The translations under genes were made by a program, and so were the position numbers. From Balanoglossus misakiensis (Eukaryota; Animalia; Hemichordata), in the NCBI GenBank assembly GCA_040954595.2, contig CM082596.2:10780454-10844453 (forward strand): a DNA stretch of 64,000 nucleotides, written 5' to 3'. The notes under the pieces were generated by a model. It worked only from the letters and a program-made list of their open reading frames with translations, had not been told where the DNA came from and did not search any database. Each line of letters opens with the position of its first letter. Within the stretch, counting starts at the first letter, position 1. This document shows, one piece after another, positions 53,249 through 63,545 of this stretch.

Positions 53249-53806
53249 TACTTGAAACCTTCATAGAGTGGGAGGGGGGATTTGAAATAAAGATGCATCC
53301 CCCCGACCAAGTTGTTTGCTAACTCTACCTAAATGATCTTTTGATAGCAGGTGTTGTAGACAGCATTGACGTCACTAGAAATCTCACAGACTCTAGAGTG
53401 TCCTTTTCTGTATTCATGGGCTACACACAATTTGTCAAATTGACGTATATAACCAGTATAAAAAATGCAGTAGGTGATTCCACTTGAATCATGAGAGTTT
53501 TAAGTGTAGGATACAATAAAGCTCTTGTCAATAAACTACATGTAGAGTCACATACATTGCAAAGGTTTTACTGATTTATTCAACATTAGTACAGAAACTA
53601 TTAGGACATTTATTTCTTTTCTAAATTTGCTAAAGTGTAGTGATTCTATATATGATTCTGTTAGTTAATTAAAGTGCTTGAGTGAAAAGATATTTAAATA
53701 TGGCTATAGTCTATATTATGCTTTTTACGGGGGACGATTTGTGTTTAGGCAGATTTTAAAGGCGAAGGCCTCACCATTAAATCATACTAATGGGATATAG
53801 TACTTG

Positions 53807-54210
53807 TTATAATATACCTCATGCTGTGTCGTGATTCGCCAGAATCAGTCAAGTGATAGGAAAATAAAATTGATTATGAATCCCTCGGGAAATAGCAGAA
53901 AAAAACATAAACCGGTCACCTAACCAAGGTGAGTTCACAGACTCGGGTCACGTCAATAAGCGTCGCCTCGTCTGACACAATGGCCACCGCTGAAGATGTC
54001 TTCTGCCAACCTCAAGAGAAAATTACAAGATTTTCCCAACTGTTAGCATGAGGTTTATTATAAAACACCTATGGCCTGGCCTATATTCGGGCCATAGCAG
54101 CCATTTTTACCCCCTACGGCCTCGGGAAATAGTATGTGATTCTGGTAACTCACAGCTCCTCGGGGGTAATAAACAGCTGCAATGGCCCTCATGGCCAGCC
54201 AATAGGTGTT
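53807..54210 (+). mobile_element. Hairpin-ended non-autonomous element, family B (~400 bp, more decayed)
   Basis: TTATAATATACCTCATGCT (53807-53825) is inverted at 54045-54063 (18/19 match). An imperfect fold-back AACACCTATGGCCTGGCC...GGCCAGCCAATAGGTGTT (54064-54210) follows immediately. Confidence 0.7.
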
Positions 54211-55103
54211 CAATATACAGAATTTCCACATTTTGTCAAACCAATTTCCCTGTCTTCCCATACTGGTGGCATGATAAGCTTTTGTGTTTAGCATTGTAAG
54301 GTTGTGGACTTCTCAAATTTCAAAAGGTAGAATATTGTTATTTTCCTGACTTTTATCAAACATAGCAAGAAAATACGGTGTTTCTATGTTAGTTTTAAGG
54401 GGGTCTAAAATATTGTGGATACTGCTGAGTCAGCACCTTCTCACACTCCCAATGCTATAGTTTTCCTATGGAGAAAATATCTAAACAGCTCTATCAAAAA
54501 TCAAGCACAGTGACATAGTTGTAGTGTCCAGTATTTGCTATATGCGCCTGTGAGGGCGCTTTTGATAATACATCATCAGTACATCATCGTTCTTGTTGTT
54601 CAGAGCCGGATACGGCAATGGTCTACCCTGAATAATGTAGTATTTGTTAGTATGTGGTGCGTAAGTGTCCAGTCATTAATAGACGACAAAACAATAGTGT
54701 TTTCTTTAAATCTTGTAGTAATACTCCTCTTTTGGCACCTGAAATTTTAAGGAAAATGACAATATTGCAATACTGTTTTCTCAAAACCTATGACCTATGG
54801 AATATGGAATGATAACCAAAAATTGCATTTAGGTATTCTTCTAACCTGAACCATAGACCCTAGAGAAAAACGGGACAGGAAACAACGCCTCTTTCTTTGT
54901 AGTCACTTGGGTGGAATACATTAACTAGTGTTTGCACAGGTGTTGGCCTCCGCCCGCTTATCTAATCCCATTTACGGCCTGAATAACGCGAAATCCCGCG
55001 AAACACGAGACGAGATCATGCGAAACACCCCAAATCACGCATTTCTCGAGATTTCATGAGACGTTAACAGCCTGGATTGTTTACACCACTAGCACTGACA
55101 GAA

Positions 55104-57411
55104 ATGGCCGCTAACTGCCACAGCGATGACGACGAGTTTGTGGACGTTTTCTCCGAGGAAGACACAAATGGGTGTTCAGATAGCGTTGTAAGCGAAGACG
55201 AAACCCGTTCAGAAGACACAAAACCATTTTCGACCTCAACTGGCCGCCGAAATTTGCGGTATTTAGACCAGTACATGACCGCAAATGCCGGAAGTGTCCT
55301 ATGCAGTGTGTGTGATAAAGCGTTCAAAACTAAACAAGGCTGCAAGAATCATTTATTAAATGGACACAAACTACAAGGTAAGCATTTTAGGAGAGATACT
55401 GAAAAGGAGTAAGCCATTCAGGATTTATTAGGTGCACTAGCTGTCACTTCCGAGCATAAATTCTTTCGAGTTCTACATTGTACCATTACTGTTGCTGGCA
55501 TCATTAACAATAGAAAGATCCATTGACCCACGCCATTAAAAAGTACAGGCTGGATATGAATGCAAGTTTCAAAATGTAAACTGCTGATTCAGCTAAGATA
55601 AGTTAGAAAAACTCCTTCGCCAAGATTTGAAGTGGTAATTTTAGTGTTATTTTCAATAATAACTTTATGTGGGGTTTGACAAACAGCGTTCACCTTGTGA
55701 GAAGACATATCCGAATCAGTCATGAATATTAAAAATAAAAACTACTTTTGCTTAAAAATGGAAGACAATGTCAAAATGACTATCGATTGGTCAACTTTCA
55801 GAACCATCCCAAGGAACACAAGCACCAAGTAGTCAAGAGGAGAAGATAGCCAAAGACAAAAGAAAGAAGAGAGAATACAGTAAGTACACCTATGTAGCTA
55901 GCAGTATTGTGCATGTAACAGTGGTCAACATGATTAATTTGAAGACAAACAATTTCTGTACCAGATGCTGATTGAGGTTTCCCGTGTGTAGTTGACAATA
56001 GAATACTGGGTTGGTAAAGCATAGACCCTCGAGAAAAAAAATAACCTGTTAAGCATAAAGGTTGGACCTGACTCTTATTATGGGCAAACTAAAGCACTCA
56101 TTTCAGTTGATTATCTAACATTCATGACGAAGGTATCAGCCGTGTTTTGTTTTGTTTTTTTTTTCACTTAATTTAACATTCATGATGAAAGTAGCAGCTG
56201 TGTTTTTTTTCACTTTATAAGCCCTAAAATAAGAACAGGTCATTCATATTCAAGACAGGGGGCTTTTAACTTCAAGATTGTCTACTACATGATACATAAT
56301 GCCAGACAGTTGTGCCTTGCAGTCAATTTAGATATGTAAGTTTCAGTGTTACTTACCATCCATTACATGTGTAATATTTTTTGTTATGTCAGGAAAACGA
56401 CCCGTGCCTACATATACCAAAGAAAATGCTGTAAATGAGGCAGGACATCTCCTCAGTGTGACAATGTGTCAACTACTGTCAAGAGACTACATAAAAAATG
56501 GAGGTTTTGCTAAGAGTATAGTTGCTTTCCAAGATGTGTTGAAGGCATTACATGAAGCAGCTGTTGAAGATCCAGGTTGTATCTTAAAAGAGATGACATG
56601 CCTCATTGGCATTTTGTGGCCAGCAATTGTGGCAGGTGATGGGTGTTTTTTCTCATGTGCACGACGGGAGGCAGTCTTCAAGAAATTTCATCAGCTGAGA
56701 ATTTCAGTGGAACTAAGAAAAGCAATCACAGCTCTCTGTGCCAAAGCAAATAAATGTGTGACAAATTCTCAGAAAACTATGATAGCCAATAGTATATTTG
56801 AGACGATTCTTCTAAGGAGAGAGAAAGTTGAACGAGACTTTGATTGTGCTGAATTAAAGCTGGACAATGTCGAAGAGAACATCCTTCGCTATTCGTGTGG
56901 TTATATACCAATGGCACTGAGTCGTAAATTAAACAGACAGTGTCATGTTCCACAGGGCATGTTGGATTGTCTTGCTGACATGGTTTCTATACAATCAACA
57001 GAAAAAACCTTCTTGTCTTACACGACACAGTGGGTTCTTGAAGAAAACCGGGGTGGTTTGTTTATTGTGAATGATAAGACATACTTGTTCTTCAGAAGAG
57101 TAGAATATTTTATTCGCCAGAATGTTAATATGTTAATTCAGATGAATGTCAGTATTCGTGAATTGGTGATAGATTGTGTGCTATCAGACAATGCTGCATT
57201 ACAATATTGGTCTGATTTGTCAAAGGGTCTTAGTGAAGCCCTATCCCTGAAGCTCATGTTAATGTGTGTTACAATGTGGACCAATATACGAGGTCACTCG
57301 ACAGCAAAGCAGTTCATACAAAAGTACAAAAATGATCAAGGCAATGGGCAAAGTGCAAGTAGAGGACTCCGCAAAGTGCTTAAATCATGTAAGTCAGTAG
57401 ATAAGGATTAA
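55104..57411 (+). CDS. Intact 3-exon gene (55104-55377, 55802-55879, 56393-57411; 456 aa): acidic N-terminus, one C2H2 zinc finger, basic NLS-like stretch and a domain resembling the C-terminal region of P/THAP9-type transposases
   Basis: Introns are GT-AG (G|GTAAGC, TTTCAG|; A|GTAAGT, TGTCAG|), both phase 1, and the total of 1371 nt is in frame. Motifs: CSVC-x12-H-x4-H; KDKRKKRE; EENILRYSCGYI...WVLEENRGGLFIVND...FFRRVE. Confidence 0.82.
56116..56216. repeat. Two-copy tandem duplication (~58-bp period) in intron 2 of the plus-strand gene
   Basis: TAACATTCATGA(C/T)GAA(G/A)GTA(T/G)CAGC(C/T)GTGTTTT...TTCACTT occurs twice. Confidence 0.8.
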
Positions 57412-58101
57412 AAGCCCATTAGCTGCAACTGCAAAACTTGTCCATCCTCAAGACACCTTCCAAATTTATCAGATATTAATTGCAATCTAGAGATTGAATG
57501 ACGTTGTCATTAACTATGCCTAAACAACATTCACTTGTGGCAAAATAGGCAAGAAACTGATCAGATTTTGTTCATTTTAAATTGTTCCTAATCTTGCCAT
57601 AATGTATGAAAATCAGAATCTTTGTCAGAGTGGAGTGAATATTTACATGTACCGTTCAAGCTATTTATCATAGTGTTGTATGGAGGGAGCCATATTTGGG
57701 TGCTGCATCCAATTATTATTTGTCTGACTAAAACCTCCATGCTGTCCCACTCAGTTGACATTTATAATTAGGTAAACATTATAAGTAAGAACGTTTTATG
57801 GACTAGTTGTATCTAAATGTAAAATCGTGAAATTAATAATGTCAAAGGTTGCAGTTCATGTGCCTTTAATAAAGATAAGCGATCGGGTCATGCAATTTTT
57901 GTCATCAAAGTTTCCGAGCGAAGTAATTGCCTGTGGGTGGGGGGAGGGTACTTTCCAGTGTGTAGTATTTACAGGGACATTTGAAGCATGTGCATTTGTT
58001 ATCATAGTTATTGTTCAATTTGTCTCGAAGTCAGTGTTAAAATAAAGTTCAAAAAATCAAAATGATTGAACTGTCTTTTGTTCTTATACTCTGGTGTAAT
58101 A

Positions 58102-58137
58102 CTTTCACCTTAGACCCTTAGGGGTCTATGCTTTCGC
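58102..58137. other. Probable P-type excision footprint (direct repeat + two fused TIR tips + direct repeat)
   Basis: CTTTCAC-CTTAGACCCTTAGGGGTCTATG-CTTTCGC: a 22-bp near-palindrome of the CATAGACCC terminus flanked by a 7-bp direct repeat with one mismatch. Confidence 0.6.
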
Positions 58138-58287
58138 ACACTTGGCTCATGGAAGTACAGCTACAGAATACTATATCACTCATGAAAATAATTTGTATAC
58201 GCCCCAATGATCCTGCACTGTTGTTGCACACTTCTTTCTTAATATTTCTATTTCATTCATAATTCTCCAAGAATAGCTTCCACAAAA

Positions 58288-58355
58288 CTCTATTGCACTG
58301 ACAACTGCCCCCCCCCCTTGAAGCTCTATTGCACTGACAATGGACACCCCCCCCC
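58288..58355. repeat. Two-copy ~36-bp tandem repeat with poly-C tracts
   Basis: CTCTATTGCACTGACAA...CCCCCCCCC occurs twice. Confidence 0.8.
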
Positions 58356-59073
58356 AATACCTTCATGCATCACAAGTGTTGTCCAAATTCAAAATCATAT
58401 CCCTAATATGATCTCCAAAAACTTATTTAGTCATACACCAAAAATAACAGCATACAAAAAAAACAAATTAACAGTATTTACAAAATATCAAGACTTTAGA
58501 TTGCACATGTTTATCAAAAATAGACTCACGGACGTGTTTTTCTCAGGGGTCTATGATTGACTGTTTGGATGTAAATAAAAAGTCAGCAAGCCTGTAGCAC
58601 AGTGTACTCATTTCAAAATTTACATTTTTCAAGTGACAGTTGATATAGGAATACATCATTTCATTTCATGTTCATAAAATAGCCACTGCCATTATTGACT
58701 GCTGTCATCACCAATCTCCTACAAAAAGTGAAGACAGCAAGATGAATGTACACCCTCAAAGTTTTAGAGCTTCTTTTTTTTCAGGGTTCGCACACCTAGG
58801 CCAACTTGAAATTCCAGGAGATTTTTGGCAAATTTTAAGAGTATTTTTGATATAAAATGCCATTTTCCAGGAGTATTTGCATTTGGAACACTACTTGTAT
58901 GCACAAATACTGTTAGTTTTAGATTTTGTAGTTTGGCAAGCAATCTCCTGTATGACAGTTTCTGGGAGTGTACGAACCCTGTTTTCTTTTCCATTCTCTG
59001 ATACTGGTTTTCATAGCTTCCTGACAAGTCTTAAGTTCTGTCTTATTTTACAACTGCAATGCAGTATCAGTGA

Positions 59074-62000
59074 TCAACGACGATGTTTTGGTAGAGGTGT
59101 ATTATCCACTTCACCATTTGCAACAGGACCTCTGACATTTCCTCCATTGACTCTCATCAAGTTTGAGCTCTTCATTCTGAGGGCATTTGCAGAGTGCCAA
59201 AACTGCAATACTGACGGTGCTTCATTCCCCCTTTCATCTGACGGTGGTTCCCAAAGTAGGATTCAAGGGGATCTTGGTTGAACTTTTCAGACAGTACACA
59301 GGTGACACCGGGTTGAGCCAACAGGTACTCTGTGACCATGACGAATGAGTTGACTGCAATGAGAAATTATTGAAAATATATAATAAAACCTCCACAAACC
59401 ACAAGACATCACTTGTGCTGTGAACATTCAGATAGGCTTTGTTGGGCATTTCCTAAATTTAAATCTGTCATCATTCCATGTAATATATATTTGAATGGCA
59501 AAAGATACCTCAATTGACAAAAAATAATCAAGAATACTTCATCAGAACATTACTTACCTGTCATGAAGAGACCTTCAATTGTCTCCCTGCTTAGTTTCAT
59601 TCTATAGCCCAAGAAGTCATCCTGCAACCACTACAAAAATATCCCTTTTCAGCAATAAAATACTTCAAACAACCTCAATGTCACAAAATTACAGCTAATG
59701 TACTTTGGAAATACACATTTTATATGACTTGGCTGTTGGACCATAAAGTTTTCATGGTGAAAGCAAAAGCATTGATAGAAGATCTATTGCATGATATCAT
59801 TTGTGATTGGCAATGGAGCCCAAAATTATGTTCTCTGAATTTATTTTGATAAAAAAAAACAGGGGAAGCAACCATGCAAGCATGAAGCAACAATTACCTT
59901 AAGCCTAGGATCATCAGGTGATCTGTATGGCATCAGATCAGGCTTTCTTTTCTTTACACCTTCTGTCATACTTCTGACATTTAAACAGTCAAAAAATTTG
60001 TCAAAGTTTCTGACAAATTCAATGGTTGGAGCCATCTGATGCCTGTTTCTCCCAAAAACAGACAGAGCATTGGCGACTGTGGAACTGAGGACCTACAGTA
60101 AGAAAAAGAGGTGAAATTAGTAATGCCATTACATGTTCAGTTTCTCTTGATTTACATTCTACTTTGAGTGATTACTGGGGTTACATACACTGCATGGACA
60201 AATTTCTTCAATGTTTAATATATAATAGGAGAAAGAAATTTTGTTGTTTCTTACTCTTTCATAAGGGTCTGTGAATAAAAGTATTTAGAAAGGTTATTGC
60301 ACACAATAGAATTCATAAAGTCAAGTCTTATCATAATAATCATGTCTCAGTACCTGTGCTGCATATTTCACTTTCATACGTGAAAATGATGTCAGGTGTA
60401 TGTGTTCATACTTCAGTTTGTGGCAGAGAAATAAACCTCCTCTCTCCAAATCAGCCTTGTACAAATCAGCTACTGTCTTCCAAACAATGTGCTCCCCATT
60501 CTGTAATTACAAATGAAAGGAATACTCACTAGATTAGTAAATTGTTTGTTACTCAATACTTAAAAAGCTATGACAATAAACACAGGAAATGCAGATTGGC
60601 AGTAAATGGTACTATTGTTTTAATATAACAGTTATACTTTCATTAAAATTCTTTGGATTAATATAGCTTAATACTTTTGAACAAATTATCTAACTTCAGT
60701 TTGAATGATAAAATGTGATGACAATACAGTTGAAGTCTAAAAACAAGATCATATAGAAGAATGCTGTCAACGCACTCACAACGTATTGGGTCTATGATTC
60801 TATGTAATAATTTTCAGTCTTACCCATAATAATCGCTTCTTGTTATGAGCACCAGAGTTTGACCAACAGTTTCTTGTCGTCTTTATAAGATGTGGCACAT
60901 CTGACATGAAGTATATGTACCTATCTTCTTCATTGGCACACACATTCAGCGTTCTGTGTGTAATCAATTCGTGCTGCTCACCAGAGTCATGTAACCTGTA
61001 GAAACGTCTATTGGGTGATGCACCGTCTGAAGTAGACACTAATACTTTGAAGCCATATTCCTCCAAAACGTTAACAACTTCCCAGACTAGAGGAAATAAA
61101 AAGTCTGATGTGATTGAAGTTGTCGGATATTATCATATGCCTATATTCACGAGCCCATGTAAAGTCTATGGGGAAAAGCGCCCTCACATCCATGCAGTTT
61201 TTTTGCTTATCACGCCCCGGCCCGGTGACCATATTTGGAAGACGCGTTCAATATCCGGATCTAGTTTTGTGTTTATTGCGCGAGATTCGAAAGTTGTTGT
61301 TGCTACGTTCTGAATTAAATTTTTCTGGTGCGGTGTCAGTGACTAGTGCACTTGCAGTGTGTGTATGTCCTATGCCGCTACCGAATCCCATCATCTCCCG
61401 TAATCGCTGCATGTTGTAGAGCTTTATTTGGAAATATGAATAGTAAAATTGATGATTTGATCTGATTAATGTGTGACTGTCGGCGTCGATCGTCGCGAAG
61501 AAAAAATAATGTTTTGCTCGCGCTCGGCTCTGTGAGTTCGAGCGCGTCTATATCTCACGTGCAATAGAATGTAAACAAATGACATCGTGCATATCAATCC
61601 GCAAGAACTGGAGGAATGCGCCTCTATGCTACGGGATAGATCATTTCAAAACGATAGATAAACACGTAATATTTACATTCCAAAATATTACAGAATGTGT
61701 ATTTTATTAGTTTCTTGTAGATTATCGTTCAATAAGGCATATGATAAAACCTTTACGGCCCTGATACGGGTTTTGCGGCCCTCGGTCGTACGGCGATTCG
61801 CGCCCTCCCTGCGGTCGGGCGCTTCCGCCGTACGACCTCGGGCCGCAAAACCCGTATCAGGGCCGTAAAGATTAATGTGCTACTGGATAATTTAAACGGA
61901 TGCAGACACCCCTCACCATAAAGACGAGCATGTACTTGGCAATATCACGTTGCACTGGTCCGTCTAGCAGCGACATTTCATAGGCGATGAGGGAATTATT

Positions 62001-63545
62001 GAAATTCCCAACATCTGTGAAACCCACCAATTCACCAGAGCTCTTCTCAAAGACAAGATCTGCATGGATTTTCAGCTCATCATGGACCAGAACAACGTAC
62101 TTTTGGTGTTCTGACAGCTCAGTGAAATTGCTCTCTCTGTACAGCTGCTGTATGACATCTCCTGTAATTCCATTGCCTCCTTTTGTCCAGTGAGTGTAAT
62201 CAAGTAGGGTTCGCTCACTTGGTAACTTGATGACACCAGATTCTTTCAGTGTACGATATGCAGCCGAAGAACGTAGCTTTATATTCAAACACCACTTGAT
62301 GAACATCGGGTGCCATCTCATCCCTTTTGACTCTGAACACTTCATGGCCTTTGTCTGCTGTTCCCAGAATAATTTCTGAAAGGAGCCCTCTTCAAATTCC
62401 TTGTTGATAGTTTCTTCATAGTCAGCAGCAAATTTCTCAAAATCACCACTTAGCTCCTGATTGAAAACAAGACCATCTTTCTCTATACTGGCCTGCAATT
62501 TCTGCTTCAAACGTCCTTCACTCATCTGCACTCTATTCTTTTCTTTTATAATGTTCTTTGTTCTCTCGTACAGTTCCTCATGAGAAAGTTTTGATAGTGG
62601 TGCGTGACTGTTGTGGTCTGTTTTATTTTGCTTTTTTCCTGTCTCATTCTTCATTGTGTCTTTATGGAGCATGGAAAATAAAGAGTTTCTGAACTGCCAG
62701 CAATTACCACATCGTTCATTTCCATTGTTCAAGATCATTTGACACTGAGCTGAGTGTATTGTTGTTTCAACTGTCTCACCTCTTCTGGTCTGCAAAGGTG
62801 CCACATGCTGCCACCCAGCAACTTCATCTGCACTGCGAGCTTTCTTGAAGAAACCCTTCCGTGCTCTGGCAACACCATGAAATTTGGAATCTGGATTGCC
62901 AATGCACACGATGGTATTGTGTACCATGTTAAGAATGTCAAGTACCATTGAAACAGAATTGACAGTTTGTGGCAATGTGCAAAGAGGTTTCTTATTGTCA
63001 CATGGCTCATTATAGACAGTGACTGACCAGTGTAAGTCCTTGGTTACAGTTATGTCTTTTATGACAGTTGACTGCATTGATGCATCTTTTATAATGTACA
63101 TCAGGTAGATATCATTGTCATCTGCCTGGTATAGCCAACCACATGGCAGAGAGCACTGAGCCAGACCCGTTCTTATGGATGTATATGGCAAAGGATAATG
63201 AAAAACAGGGTGTACTATTTGGTCATGTGTTCCTGTGATAAGACAAGAGTTTTCATTCGACATGTGGTGCACTGAGAATTCCACAGCCTTGTCAACGACC
63301 CTGTCATCTGTGCTGGATAAAGAATTGTCACATGCTGTTTCTTCAGTTGTTGAGATATGTTGTGGTACCTTGTCAATTCCCTGACTAACTGTATTTTGCT
63401 GGTTTTTAGAATATGACGCAGCAATTTCAGCAAAATCTTGCAAAACACTGAAGTTTCTCTCATTCTTTTTCAATTCTGTAGTGGGGCTCTTCTGTTGTAG
63501 ATCTTCTAACACCCGCCTAGCGCATTTCTTGTTAGGTGTGGTGAT
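59074..63545 (-). pseudogene. P-element/THAP9-family DDE transposase, spliced and disrupted. Exons: 63545-60824 (interrupted by 61130-61872), 60500-60354, 60092-59898, 59630-59558, 59353-59074. The 5' exons (THAP domain expected) lie beyond the window
   Basis: Motifs GMRWHP, SSAAYRTL..SGVIKLPSERTLLDY, VLVHDELKI, STSDGASPNR, MSDVPHLIKTTRN, RMKVNMAAQVLS, FDKFFDCLN and KFNQDPLESYFG. All introns are GT-AG with compatible phases. Lesions are the 743-bp insertion, a one-base frameshift in the C5 run at ~59227-59231 and a probable in-frame deletion in the 73-bp exon. Confidence 0.92.
61130..61872 (+). mobile_element. Hairpin-ended non-autonomous element, family A, copy 2 (743 bp), inserted in a transposase exon
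   Basis: Removing it and one TA restores LNYPVAH-YPTTSITSDF in the minus-strand frame, which defines the ends and a TA duplication (61128-61129 / 61873-61874). Confidence 0.93.

Noticed and set aside
52281-53264. ORFs 52281-52625, 52422-52706, 52447-52848, 53064-53264 and counterparts 61011-61419
   Set aside because: They cross the element boundaries, differ in frame and length between the two copies and show no recognisable motifs.
56020-58555. Nested element bounded by the inverted CATAGACCC...GAGAAAAA motifs at 56020 and 58555
   Set aside because: The flanks (TGGTAAAG vs ATTGACTG) are not a duplication, and the interval contains exon 3 of a gene whose first exons lie outside it.
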